A DNA stretch of 64,000 nt, from assembly GCA_046732935.1 (NCBI GenBank), contig JBKPOC010000087.1:40044-104043 (forward strand), given 5' to 3'. This document shows, one piece after another, positions 19,315-29,136 of this stretch. The first letter of the stretch is position 1. Each line of letters begins with the position of its first letter. A program made the position numbers and the translations under genes. Source of the stretch: Acidobacteriota bacterium (GTDB lineage: Bacteria; Acidobacteriota; Blastocatellia; Pyrinomonadales; Pyrinomonadaceae). The notes below the pieces were generated by a model. It saw only the letters and a program-made list of their open reading frames with translations, was not told the DNA's origin and ran no database searches.

Positions 19315-22300
19315 TTAGAAATTAAACCGCGCCGCCAGTTGAATCACCCGAGGATTGCTGCTCAATACCGCCGATGGATTCAGGAAATCGCCCGTGAGTG
19401 GGTTCACTTGATTGAGAGTTGACAAACCCGTCGTATCGATCGGATCCACACTATTGACTGAACCCGGTACGTACTGCGGATGGTTGAACGCGTTGAAGAA
19501 GTCAGCGCGAATTTGGATGAATTTCGATTCGCCAAGCCGGAAGTTCTTGAAAATCGAAATATCGAAATTGTTGATCGGAGGCAACAGGAACGTATTCCGT
19601 CCGATGTTGGATACAGCTCCGTCGCCAGTTTGAATGTAACGAGCATTCGGATTGGTGGCGACATATCCAACTACGGTTCCGATGACGTTCCCCTCCGCGT
19701 CAAACTCGCACGCGGCTATGCGACACAACGGCATTACTTCACTACCGACGCCCTCAGTCCCGGTTGGATTGAGGATCGCGCGGTCGCCGGCATTGTCGCC
19801 ATTGAGATTCGCATCGTTACCGCTGCGGATCGTTACCCGCTCGCCAGTCTCATACGTGTAAGTACCGGCGATGTTGAAGCCGCCCAAAAGCGTCCTGGTG
19901 AAACCAGTACTCTTCGAAAACCACGGCACCTCGTAGATCCACGACGTCACAAACCGGTGCCGGTGATCGAGCGCGGAATTCGCTCGTTCTCTGCGTAAGT
20001 TCTGAAAATCCTCTACGCGGCGAGGCGACAGCACAGTAGAAAACACTTCTGCCGTCGTGTCGTCGATTAAGTGGCTCAGGGTATACGCACTGGTCATTTG
20101 GAAACCGCGTGAAAACCGCTTCGTTACCTGAACGGATCCACCGTGATAGGTAGAATTACCGTTGGCAAGAAACGCAACAACGCTGACGTTCGGGTTGTTG
20201 AAACCCGCGGCTTCGAATGCAGGCACGAAGTTAGAGCGCGCGTTGATCTCGTCGAGAGTCAGCGGCAAGGCGTCCAGCGTGGCCTGAGATGGCGCGGTGA
20301 GAAACGTCGGCAGACCGGGTCGACCGTCTTCCGGCGACACTTTCGCCTGGCGATTAATTCGGTTCTGCGATAGCAAGTGAACGCCACGCGTACCGACATA
20401 GCGCAGTTCAACCGCCCAGTCGCCACCAAACTGTCGTTGATAGCTGCCGGTCCAGGTCAACGAATACGGAACCTGTTGATCGGGAATGAAGGAGCCGGTG
20501 TTTAGTCGAGCAGTAACCGGATCAGTCAGGGCAACCGGAGTGTCCGGCAAGCCCCCATTTGCCAAAAAGTTCGGCGTTGAAGGTAACGTCGTGTCGACGT
20601 CATTGGTCTGTTGTAGTTGCGGAGGATTCGACAGGATGTACAGATTATCGAAGACGTAATCGTAACCCATCGAAAATCCCGCCCGCAGCGAACTCTTGCC
20701 ACCCGAGCCAAAGATACGGCCGAGCAGTCCGTTGTTGTAATCGGGCGACCATGCAAAGCCTACCTTAGGTGCAAAGTTTTTCGTTTGCGCTTTGGGTTCG
20801 CGGAACTCGAGCAGACCCGGAACCGTGGAAATTGCGTTCAGAGGCTGACTCGTCCGCGCTCCCAGCGGGACCTGTTGATAGGAGTAGCTGACACCCAGGT
20901 TCATCGTGAAATTCGGACGAATGCGCCAATCGTCCTGGGCGAACGCAAAGAGGATCTTTTGGTTTCCGTAATAGATGCTATTGCCCGCATTGCGCTCACC
21001 AAACGCATCCGGCGACAGGTCGAGCAGGAATTGCTCAGTCGTCAGATATTCATAGTCTCCACGAACGCGTTGCGAAAAGCTCTGTGGAGAAATAATCCAG
21101 CGGAAGTCGCCGCCGAATTTGAATGTGTGGTTGCCTCTTAACCACGTAACGTTATTGACGATCTGATAGTTATTCTCGATTCCGAATTGAGGCGCATTCT
21201 GATCGGGACCAATGTTCAGGCCGAGATCATCGAGAGTTAAGTTTGGAAACACCGTCAGCCCCGGGAACGTGACTGCAGGGACCGGGAAATTCTGAGACGA
21301 ACGCCGAAAAGCAAAGCGGGTCTCATTGGTGACGTTTGACGAGAAGTTGTGAATCAGAGTGTAAGAAAACAGTCGCTGTTTACTTGGCAGCGGGGTGAAG
21401 AACGCCGGCAGGTCCGCGAGGTTGTCGATATCCGAACCGTTGGTAAACGTGAAACGGATGTGATGTTGCGTCGCGGCGCTCTGCAGGTAATCGAGGTTGA
21501 TCACCGCGTGATTCTGTTTGAAAAAGTTCGGAGCTAAGAAAGCGACGTTACCCACGGGTATGTCTCGACCTAGCACCGTTATCGGATCTCCCTGAGCGAC
21601 CGGCGCCACGGGCACGAACTCATTGAAGACTCCGAGGTTGGTCGCGGACAATCCTGGAATCGAGTTTAAGATCGAAAACCCAGCGGCTGTCGGTGCGACG
21701 ATACCACCCGCACCAATCGAGCTTCCGGTTTGAATTCTCTCGTAAGAAGTAAAGAAGTAAAACTTGTCCTTTCCGAGTGTTACCGTGGGACCACCCTCAC
21801 CGAAATGCGGAATCACAAATGGTCCACCGATGTTGAAACCACCACGGAAGTAATCCGAACGCGGCATGAAAAGATCACCCGACGATTTGTCTCGAGTGAC
21901 GCCCGCATTCTTCTGAATGGTGTCGAGCGCGTTCAGGTAACGGTTGCGGACAAAGCCGTAGGCCGTGCCGTGATACTCGTTGGTGCCGCTCTTCGTTACG
22001 GTCAGAAAGTTGCCGCCATTCGAGCGAGCAAACTCCGCGGAGAATTGGTTTTGCAGCAAAGTAAACTCCGCCACTTCCTCCGGAGAGATATAGGACTGCG
22101 GACCAGTTATGGCTTTGTCGTTGTTATCGACGCCGTCAACCATGAAGTTATTGTTGCGTGGACGCTGGCCGCCAACAGAACCTCCGGTGCCTACGCCAAC
22201 TCCACCGGAACTGGTTACGTTCGGCGCAAGCAGCGAAAGATTGTTCACGCCCGCAGGGCTTCCGGCCGGACCGGCAGTAGTTTGCGCGAGCTCTACTACC

Positions 22301-22740
22301 TGTCTGCTGCTGAAGGCCTTCGACAAGTTTGCTGAAGTCGTGTCGACCAACTCGGCGCCGCCCGCTGTGATCGTGACGGTTTCAGTGACCAGGCCCGGCG
22401 CAAGTTGCACCGGCAGGTCCGTGTTTTGATTTACGCTAACCTTCACGTCGGTGAGAGACATGTTTTTGAAGTTCTGTGCTTCAACTGAAACACTGTAATC
22501 GTCGCCCGGGAGCAGGTTAGTAAACTCAAACTGACCCGAATTGTTTGTATCGGCTGTTTGAGTTGCTCCGGTCGATTTCCGGGTGAGTGTTACATGTGCA
22601 CCGGAGACAACGGCTCCGGTTTGATCCGTAACTACTCCGCGGATGCCGCCAGTGGTTGCCTGGCCATACGCTGTGAAGACGCAGCTCACCGCGAAAAGAA
22701 ACACCCAAAGGAATCGGTGTGCTACAAAGTTTTTCATCAT
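19315..22740 (-). CDS. TonB-dependent outer-membrane receptor with an N-terminal carboxypeptidase-regulatory-like domain
   Basis: Signal peptide. GIRGVVTDQTGAVVSGAHVTLTRKSTGA...NSGQFEFTNLLPGDDYSV is a CarboxypepD_reg domain. A long beta-barrel body ends in ...LAARFNF (terminal Phe). Start trimmed to the ATG at 22740 behind GGAG, because the tracked start is a TTG. Confidence 0.85.
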   Translation of the reverse strand: MMKNFVAHRFLWVFLFAVSCVFTAYGQATTGGIRGVVTDQTGAVVSGAHVTLTRKSTGATQTADTNNSGQFEFTNLLPGDDYSVSVEAQNFKNMSLTDVKVSVNQNTDLPVQLAPGLVTETVTITAGGAELVDTTSANLSKAFSSRQVVELAQTTAGPAGSPAGVNNLSLLAPNVTSSGGVGVGTGGSVGGQRPRNNNFMVDGVDNNDKAITGPQSYISPEEVAEFTLLQNQFSAEFARSNGGNFLTVTKSGTNEYHGTAYGFVRNRYLNALDTIQKNAGVTRDKSSGDLFMPRSDYFRGGFNIGGPFVIPHFGEGGPTVTLGKDKFYFFTSYERIQTGSSIGAGGIVAPTAAGFSILNSIPGLSATNLGVFNEFVPVAPVAQGDPITVLGRDIPVGNVAFLAPNFFKQNHAVINLDYLQSAATQHHIRFTFTNGSDIDNLADLPAFFTPLPSKQRLFSYTLIHNFSSNVTNETRFAFRRSSQNFPVPAVTFPGLTVFPNLTLDDLGLNIGPDQNAPQFGIENNYQIVNNVTWLRGNHTFKFGGDFRWIISPQSFSQRVRGDYEYLTTEQFLLDLSPDAFGERNAGNSIYYGNQKILFAFAQDDWRIRPNFTMNLGVSYSYQQVPLGARTSQPLNAISTVPGLLEFREPKAQTKNFAPKVGFAWSPDYNNGLLGRIFGSGGKSSLRAGFSMGYDYVFDNLYILSNPPQLQQTNDVDTTLPSTPNFLANGGLPDTPVALTDPVTARLNTGSFIPDQQVPYSLTWTGSYQRQFGGDWAVELRYVGTRGVHLLSQNRINRQAKVSPEDGRPGLPTFLTAPSQATLDALPLTLDEINARSNFVPAFEAAGFNNPNVSVVAFLANGNSTYHGGSVQVTKRFSRGFQMTSAYTLSHLIDDTTAEVFSTVLSPRRVEDFQNLRRERANSALDHRHRFVTSWIYEVPWFSKSTGFTRTLLGGFNIAGTYTYETGERVTIRSGNDANLNGDNAGDRAILNPTGTEGVGSEVMPLCRIAACEFDAEGNVIGTVVGYVATNPNARYIQTGDGAVSNIGRNTFLLPPINNFDISIFKNFRLGESKFIQIRADFFNAFNHPQYVPGSVNSVDPIDTTGLSTLNQVNPLTGDFLNPSAVLSSNPRVIQLAARFNF

Positions 22741-23007
22741 GATTCTCCGTACTGATGTTGACAAGGAGGAGACTGCTTTCCGGTTCGCAAGTGTTATTCC
22801 TTGCGCTTTGTGTCAAAGACAACACGACGAGTGTTGCAACTTGCGCGCTGTTTTACGGCAGACTGTATGCTTCGTGAAAGTTTTGTTAGAGAGGGCGCAA
22901 TCCGAAGACTACGACAAATCCAGAAATATGGAATCGCACTTTATCACTTGAGGAAAAATGCCTCTTCAGTTTTTTGGAGCGGCGTTCTGTTTGACGGATC
23001 TGAGCGG

Positions 23008-24465
23008 CTAAAACACCAACGTCTGAATCGAATGAGGCAGGCTCTCGACCTCCGCAGCCTGGCCATCCAGCCAGAGGAAGTACGAAAGTTTTTGATCAGT
23101 TTTATTCATCACCACCGTCACCACTTTTCCATCCGGATTGAGGAACGCAGTTGAGAGCAACGGGCTGCGGCTCGGTGAGCTGGCGATTCGCTTTGCGCCG
23201 CGGCGGATGAACTTCGAGAAGTGTCCGATGTAGTAATAGGAGTTTGTGTAGGTCAACTCTCCGGTGCGCGTGTCGGCATGAACGGGCGCGAAACAGAAGT
23301 TCTTCACGTGATTCGGGCCGCCGGTTTCGTCGAGCAGTACGTTCCAGTCGGTCCAGCCGACGGTGCCGCTGTTGAAGTCGTTGATCATCGAACGGCCGTA
23401 GAGTTCACCCAACTTCCAATCGTTGAGCTTCTTCGGATCGAATGAATCGGCGCAGCCTTCAGTGAAGATCAAGTGTTTGTCGGGGAACGCCTCGCGCACG
23501 AGTTTCACGTTATCGAACATCGGCTCGCCGCCGCTCCACGGCTCGTACCAGTGATAGCCGACGCCCCAGACGTACTGTGCCGCTTTTGGATCGGTGAGGA
23601 TCGTTCTGGCTCGCTGGTAGATGAGGTCGCGATTGTGGTCCCAAACGATGATCTTCTTCTGGCCCAGTCGTTCACGCTGCATTGTTGGGCCAAGATGGTT
23701 TTTGAGAAAATCTCGTTCCTGTTCGGCTGAGAAGATGCACGACTCCCAACGCTGTGTCGCCATCGGTTCGTTCTGAATGCTGACGCCCCAGATCGGAATG
23801 TCTTCCTGCTCGTAAGCGCGGATGAACTTCGCGAAGTAGTTGGCCCACGATTGATAAAACTCCGGTTTCAATCGCCCGCCGTGAAGCATGTCATTGTTGT
23901 CCTTCATGAAAGCCGGCGGGCTCCACGGGCTCGCGAAGATGTTGAGGTTTCCACCCGTGGCTGCCACTGCCTGCTTGATGAATGGAATGCGAAACTGCCG
24001 ATCGTGAGCGACGCTGAACGACTTCAACTCCTTGTCGCCCTCGTCGACGTACGTGTAACTCTCGCTCGAGAAGTCGCAACTGTGAATGTTGGTCCTGGCT
24101 AGCGTGTAACCGATGCCGGCGGCGGGATCGAAATACGCCTTCAAGATCTCCTGCTGTTTCGGACCAGGAAGTTTGGCGAACGTCTCCGCGGAAGCGTCCG
24201 TCAGTGCGCCGCCGATGCCGAGGAAGGTTTGAAACGTTTTCGTCGGATCGACGAAGACACAGATCTGCGTTTCGAGTGGCTGGCCGTGCGGCTTGAAATT
24301 GACCGTGCCGGTGGCTGATAGACGATGATTGGTTTTATCGGCTGTCGTGTAAATCGAGACTTGGCCGGGCGCACTCGGCCGCCTTGTTTGCGCGCCTCCT
24401 GAGACTTTCGCAAGCACCAGGGCAGCCGACGAACCAGCGAGAAAACCACGACGGTCAATTTTCAT
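23008..24465 (-). CDS. Glycoside hydrolase family 30 (glucosylceramidase-like), Tat-exported
   Basis: Twin-arginine leader MKIDRRGFLAGSSAAL. GIGGALTDASAE, ASPWSPPAFMK, the acid/base IQNEP and the nucleophile LIFTEGC are laid out as in GH30 enzymes. Confidence 0.85.
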   Translation of the reverse strand: MKIDRRGFLAGSSAALVLAKVSGGAQTRRPSAPGQVSIYTTADKTNHRLSATGTVNFKPHGQPLETQICVFVDPTKTFQTFLGIGGALTDASAETFAKLPGPKQQEILKAYFDPAAGIGYTLARTNIHSCDFSSESYTYVDEGDKELKSFSVAHDRQFRIPFIKQAVAATGGNLNIFASPWSPPAFMKDNNDMLHGGRLKPEFYQSWANYFAKFIRAYEQEDIPIWGVSIQNEPMATQRWESCIFSAEQERDFLKNHLGPTMQRERLGQKKIIVWDHNRDLIYQRARTILTDPKAAQYVWGVGYHWYEPWSGGEPMFDNVKLVREAFPDKHLIFTEGCADSFDPKKLNDWKLGELYGRSMINDFNSGTVGWTDWNVLLDETGGPNHVKNFCFAPVHADTRTGELTYTNSYYYIGHFSKFIRRGAKRIASSPSRSPLLSTAFLNPDGKVVTVVMNKTDQKLSYFLWLDGQAAEVESLPHSIQTLVF

Positions 24466-24542
24466 AGTGCGGTGAATTTAACATAGGGTTACGCGAAAAT
24501 GTTTGACTGTGTGGCTGGAAAGATTAATATCTGTCGCCGATC

Positions 24543-24917
24543 ATGTGGCTCTGTAACACCTGCGGAAACGGCATTGAAGACAAGTATGCACACTGCTGGC
24601 AGTGTGGCTCGCCGAAACCTGTGAAGCGAACCGCCGTGAAGGCGCCGGTCGAACCGAGCACGGTGCCGGGATTTGCCTCGTACGAAGAACTCGCGCACGT
24701 GCCGAGCAGGCCGATGTGGTTCTTGCGGCGTGGCCCATTGCAGCGGATCTTCTACCTGGTTTTAATTCTTCTGATCTTCAAGATTACGGCCTCACCTTTC
24801 CTGGGTAAATACGGCGTCTACATCGTCGGCGGTGTCGGCGTTATTGCGTTAGCCATCATTCTCTGGCGCTCGTTCCGGCGCGACCCGACTGAGGGTGTCG
24901 GTATCAAACTCAACTAG
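24543..24917 (+). CDS. Small zinc-ribbon membrane protein
   Basis: N-terminal CxxC...CxxC (MWLCNTCGNGIEDKYAHCWQCGSP) followed by two hydrophobic helices. Confidence 0.6.
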   Translation: MWLCNTCGNGIEDKYAHCWQCGSPKPVKRTAVKAPVEPSTVPGFASYEELAHVPSRPMWFLRRGPLQRIFYLVLILLIFKITASPFLGKYGVYIVGGVGVIALAIILWRSFRRDPTEGVGIKLN

Positions 24918-25373
24918 GTGATCGTGAAACTGATATTCGGATTAGCGGTCGTGCTGCTGGTGATGCCCGCTTGTGTCTTCGCCCAGGACGACGACGAGTG
25001 GCCGTCACTCAGCTATCTCAGAAGCGACTACAAAGCCGTCGCGGTTGTCGCCCACATTCGCATCCAGCAGGCGGAGATCACGAGCCGCATCGTTGGTTAT
25101 GAGAACTGGAGCATCAAGGGCGAAGTTATCGAATCGTTCAAAGGCAAGTTTAAGAAAGGCGACGTGATCGACTATGTTCACGGCGCTGAAGCCGGCGCCA
25201 AAAAGGAGTTCTTCACCGGAGAGAAGATCGTGTTTCTGCTTGCCGAACGCGATCAGGAGCGCAAGCCTTACTACGCCGTGCTGGAAAACTCCACGCTGCC
25301 GTACACTGCCGATCGCGTGCGCAAGTTGCGCATGATCCGACAATCATCGTTATCCAAAAAGCGGCGCCGATAA
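24918..25373 (+). CDS. Secreted hypothetical protein
   Basis: Starts directly after the upstream stop codon (GTG). Signal peptide MIVKLIFGLAVVLLVMPACVFA. No recognisable family. Confidence 0.5.
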   Translation: MIVKLIFGLAVVLLVMPACVFAQDDDEWPSLSYLRSDYKAVAVVAHIRIQQAEITSRIVGYENWSIKGEVIESFKGKFKKGDVIDYVHGAEAGAKKEFFTGEKIVFLLAERDQERKPYYAVLENSTLPYTADRVRKLRMIRQSSLSKKRRR

Positions 25374-25378
25374 AGTCG

Positions 25379-28069
25379 CTATCTGGTTCGCGGATCCATT
25401 TTCACCGTCAACGGCTGAGTGTAAGTCTTCCCGCCAACAGACAGCTTCACGGTATAGGTTCCCGGCAGGACCACCGCAGCAGCGCCGCGTCCGCCGAAAC
25501 CGCCGCCGCCGCCACCTCCACCGCCGGCTGGTCGCGGAGGCGGCGTCGGCCGCAGATCCCAGATCCATCGATGCATGCCGGCTGCGGTTGATAAAGGTTC
25601 AAACGGCCGCACCCAGTACGCCGGAATGTTGAGCGTCTCCAGATTGCCCTGCGGTCCTTTGTCTTCACTCGAATACTTGCGAATGATATCGCCAGCAGGA
25701 TCGACGATCTCGAGTGTCACTGGACCACTCGTGTTCGACTTCAAGTAGTAGTCGATCATCGCGCCGGCGGGAGCGTTCTCCGCCAGCGGTTCATCGCGCG
25801 GCATCGGCGTGCCGTTGTCGCTGCCGGGCGTCATCAGGATCGCGTCAGCCGGTTGAAACAGATGCGCACTGCCGCCGGCGACTGCCGCATTGATCTGCCG
25901 CAACGCCGAAATGTCGTCGAGCACCCAAAAACCGCGGCCATGCGTTCCGACGATCAAATCGTCGCCGTGAACGTCGATATCGCGCATCGACGCCGGCGGC
26001 AGATTCAATTGCAGCGATTGCCAGTGATCGCCGTCATCAAATGAAACGAAGACCGCGCGTTCAGTGCCGGTGAATAACAGTCCGCGGCGGCTCGGATCTT
26101 CTTTCACCGTCTGCACGTAGACGCCGGCCGGCAATCCTTTTGTTATCTCGGTCCATGTTTTTCCGGAGTCGACTGTGCGATAGATGTGCGGCTCGTAGTC
26201 GGCGAGTTGGTGCCGTTCGACCGCGGCGTAGGCTTCGTTCACGTCGAAGTGCGAAGCTTCAATCATCACGACTTTGCTCCACGAACTGAGCGCTGGCGGC
26301 GTGACGTTCTGCCAGGTCTTGCCATCGTCCTTCGTCAACTGAATCAGGCCATCGTCGGTGCCGATCCAGATCGTCGGCGCGCGCAGCGGCGACGGCGCGA
26401 TCGTGTAAATGACACCGCGACGCTTGTCCGTCGGTGCATCAGCAGCGGCAGCCTCGTTGAGGTTCGCCGGCGTGCCCGGATCTTCACGCGTCAGGTCCTG
26501 ACTGATCTGCGTCCAGCTTTCGCCGCCATTCGTCGTCTTGTAGAGAAACTGATTAGCGAAATAGAGTGCGCGCGGATCGGCCGGCGAAAAGACGAGCGGC
26601 TGCGTCCAGGCGTGACGAAACTGTCCCGGCTGCGCGCCTCGTTCCGGCGAAACGTTTCGCGTCTCACCCGTGAGAACGTTGCAACGCGAGACAGTCCCTC
26701 CGAAGAGAATCTCGGGATGCAGCGGATCGGGCGCGGTGTAGCCCGCTTCACCACCGGCGCACAAACCTTCCCAATCGCGATTCGAGATCTCGGAATGATT
26801 GCTGCGCGAAGGAGTGCCGACTGCACCGCTGTCTTGTTGCGCTCCCGTGACCCAGTACGGAAAACGATGGTCCGCTGCGACGTGGTAGATCTGCGCGGTC
26901 GGTTGGTTGTACCAGGAACTCCACGTCGCCGCGCTATCGACAGTCACGATCGAGCCCTGATCGCTGGCGACGATCATTCGCTTCGGATCGTCGGGGTTGA
27001 TCCAGAGCTGGTGATAATCGTCGCCGCCGGGTGCGCCTTTGATCGGCGTCCACGTTTTGCCCGCGTCGGTCGAGCGATAGACCGAAGTGTTCATTACATA
27101 GACGACGTCCGCGTTCTTAGGATCGGCCGTGATCTTTTCAAAGTACCAACCGCGGTCCCACAGTCGTTTGTCGCTCGACAGCCTGGACCAAGTGACGCCG
27201 GCGTCATTCGAGATAAACACGCCGCCTTCCTTCGCATCGACGACGGCGTAAAGTCGATTGCGATTTGCAGCGGACACGGTGATACCGATGTGTCCGCGAC
27301 CTTCGAGAGGGATGCCGGCGGAGATCTCGTTCCACGTCGAGCCGCCGTCGGTTGACTTGAAGATGCCTGCGCCCGGGCCATTCGCCGGAGCGTAGATGAA
27401 CCATGGCGGACGGCGTACGTTCCAAAGCGTTGCGTAAACAGTTTTCGAATCGACCGGGTCGAAAGCGAGATCGATCGCGCCGACGTCCTCACTCTTGAAC
27501 AGCACCTTCTGCCAGGTCGCGCCGCCGTCTTGCGAGCGGTAGACGCCGCGATCCGGATTCGGCGCGTAAGCGTTGCCGAGGGCGGCCACGAACACCGTGT
27601 TCGGGTTTTTTGGATCGACGATGATCCGGCCGATCTGTTTCGTATTTTCAAGGCCGACGTGTTTCCACGTCTTGCCGGCGTCCGTCGACTTGTAAACGCC
27701 ATTGCCGAAAGCGATTGAGTCGCGCATGTCAGGCTCGCCAGTGCCGACGTAAATCGTATTCGGGTTGGAACTCGACACCGCGATCGCGCCAATCGATGCG
27801 ACGTTGTTGGCGTCGAAGATCGGAGTCCAGGTGCGGCCGGAGTTCACCGACTTCCAAAGACCACCGCCTACGGAGCCGAAATAGAACGTGTCGGGCTGAC
27901 CGGCAACGCCGCTGACAGCGTTTACACGCCCGCCGCGAAACGGACCGATCATGCGCCAGCGCAATCCCGAGTAGAGACTCGGATCGAGTTGTTGTGAATA
28001 AGTGTTAAGTGGTAGCAGCAGGCAAACGAGTGCAATCAAGAGGAGCGACGCAGGTTTCATGAAACGCAT
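25379..28069 (-). CDS. BNR/Asp-box repeat (sortilin/VPS10- or GH74-like) double-propeller protein, secreted
   Basis: Signal peptide. At least 11 Asp-box motifs (SVNSGRTWTPI, STDAGKTWKHV, SQDGGATWQKV, STDGGSTWNEI, SNDAGVTWSRL, TTNGGESWTQI, TKDDGKTWQNV, TVDSGKTWTEI, SFDDGDHWQSL ...). A Gly9 tract lies near the C-terminus. Confidence 0.85.
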   Translation of the reverse strand: MRFMKPASLLLIALVCLLLPLNTYSQQLDPSLYSGLRWRMIGPFRGGRVNAVSGVAGQPDTFYFGSVGGGLWKSVNSGRTWTPIFDANNVASIGAIAVSSSNPNTIYVGTGEPDMRDSIAFGNGVYKSTDAGKTWKHVGLENTKQIGRIIVDPKNPNTVFVAALGNAYAPNPDRGVYRSQDGGATWQKVLFKSEDVGAIDLAFDPVDSKTVYATLWNVRRPPWFIYAPANGPGAGIFKSTDGGSTWNEISAGIPLEGRGHIGITVSAANRNRLYAVVDAKEGGVFISNDAGVTWSRLSSDKRLWDRGWYFEKITADPKNADVVYVMNTSVYRSTDAGKTWTPIKGAPGGDDYHQLWINPDDPKRMIVASDQGSIVTVDSAATWSSWYNQPTAQIYHVAADHRFPYWVTGAQQDSGAVGTPSRSNHSEISNRDWEGLCAGGEAGYTAPDPLHPEILFGGTVSRCNVLTGETRNVSPERGAQPGQFRHAWTQPLVFSPADPRALYFANQFLYKTTNGGESWTQISQDLTREDPGTPANLNEAAAADAPTDKRRGVIYTIAPSPLRAPTIWIGTDDGLIQLTKDDGKTWQNVTPPALSSWSKVVMIEASHFDVNEAYAAVERHQLADYEPHIYRTVDSGKTWTEITKGLPAGVYVQTVKEDPSRRGLLFTGTERAVFVSFDDGDHWQSLQLNLPPASMRDIDVHGDDLIVGTHGRGFWVLDDISALRQINAAVAGGSAHLFQPADAILMTPGSDNGTPMPRDEPLAENAPAGAMIDYYLKSNTSGPVTLEIVDPAGDIIRKYSSEDKGPQGNLETLNIPAYWVRPFEPLSTAAGMHRWIWDLRPTPPPRPAGGGGGGGGGFGGRGAAAVVLPGTYTVKLSVGGKTYTQPLTVKMDPRTR

Positions 28070-28159
28070 TGTGACGTGAATCTCTGTAGATCATCAAGCG
28101 GGTGGTCCCCGTGAACAGGTCGGCCATCTCGAGTGCGCGTTTGCCGATAGTGCTTAGCG

Positions 28160-28609
28160 TTATTTCACAGTGATAGTTGCTGTCGCAGTCGCTGCTGGAT
28201 TGGCCTCGCTGATCGCCGCGACGTGAAAGGTACCTGCTGTTCCAGGTGCAGTATAGTCGCCGGTATTTTCATCGACGCGGGTGATAGTTCCGCCGTCAGT
28301 TACCTCGAGGACGCGCCAGGTAACCGCCTTATTATCTGTTCCTGAAACAGACGCGAGGAATTGAATATGCGCATTTGCCGACACTGTTACAGTCGCGGGT
28401 GTCAACTTTAATTCGGGCAAAGGCTCGACTTCTATTTTACGCGCCTCTTTGACGTTTTCACCAAACTTCATCAGGCTGTTTGCCGCATTCGAACCAGTGC
28501 TGATCGCGAGAGCAAGAACTATATCGCTGAGAGTTGGGTTCAGTAGTGGCAACGTGTGATTGTCGAATAGCGCAATGACCAGGCCAATTAGAAAACCGGC
28601 CACACCCAT
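28160..28609 (-). CDS. Membrane-anchored protein with a bacterial Ig-like (Big_2-type) domain
   Basis: N-terminal helix MGVAGFLIGLVIALF. The C-terminal LTPATVTVSANAHIQFLASVSGTDNKAVTWRV...YTAPGTAGTFHVAAIS resembles Big_2 domains. The frame stays open upstream of the ATG, so this may be the downstream part of a frameshifted gene (see findings). Confidence 0.6.
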   Translation of the reverse strand: MGVAGFLIGLVIALFDNHTLPLLNPTLSDIVLALAISTGSNAANSLMKFGENVKEARKIEVEPLPELKLTPATVTVSANAHIQFLASVSGTDNKAVTWRVLEVTDGGTITRVDENTGDYTAPGTAGTFHVAAISEANPAATATATITVK

Positions 28610-28770
28610 GCACCATGTTTTGGCCGTCTTCTCATCGCCAATAGTGATGTGAAAAGCTTGAGCTTCGACACGAAGATAAAGAAAGGATCGAGAAGCTCCA
28701 GAGTTCGTTGCGTCGCAAATCCTGCGACACTCAGAAGGGCGAAGATTTCGCTCATCGTGACGGCCTCCAT
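28588..28770 (-). CDS. Small hydrophobic ORF, either a separate gene or the upstream part of the 28160-28609 gene
   Basis: MSEIFALLSVAGFATQRTLELLDPFFIFVSKLKLF... It overlaps the next ORF by 22 nt in the -1 frame, and its tail (MRRRPKHGAWVWPVF) looks non-native. Confidence 0.35.
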   Translation of the reverse strand: MEAVTMSEIFALLSVAGFATQRTLELLDPFFIFVSKLKLFTSLLAMRRRPKHGAWVWPVF

Positions 28771-28792
28771 TGTCTACAGTGCGGTTGAGGTT

Positions 28793-29122
28793 TTAAGGAA
28801 TAAACGCGATAACTCGGCCTACTAACCCGAGAATGTTGGAAATAGTGTTGAGAATCGCGATTGCATCCTCCAGAGTGTTGAGCTCTCCTTGAAGATTGTT
28901 GATACCATCGTTCAAATCGGGTGAAAGTTCGTTTAGTTTGTCTGCCACGTGCTGGAACTGAGCGTTCGCTAACTGAGATATCTGCTGCGAGATCTCATTT
29001 CGCAATGTAACGAGCTGCTCACGTTCTTCCTCGCTTTTGTCTCTGAAGAACAGTTGAACTTCCGCTGAACGGAGTTGGAGCTCAATGGCACGAAGATGAG
29101 CGAGTAATTCTTCTCTGGACAT
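28793..29122 (-). CDS. Small coiled-coil protein with a hydrophobic C-terminal tail
   Basis: Strong AAGGAG Shine-Dalgarno. Heptad-rich sequence (LRAIELQLRSAEVQL..., INNLQGELNTLEDAIAILN) ending in the hydrophobic tail ISNILGLVGRVIAFIP. No recognisable family. Confidence 0.6.
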   Translation of the reverse strand: MSREELLAHLRAIELQLRSAEVQLFFRDKSEEEREQLVTLRNEISQQISQLANAQFQHVADKLNELSPDLNDGINNLQGELNTLEDAIAILNTISNILGLVGRVIAFIP

Positions 29123-29136
29123 CGTTATTCTCCTTG

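Noticed and set aside
26186-27355. A 389-aa plus-strand ORF inside the BNR-repeat gene.
   Set aside because: It is antisense to a gene with 11 Asp-box repeats. It is Arg-rich and low in complexity, and it has no Shine-Dalgarno.
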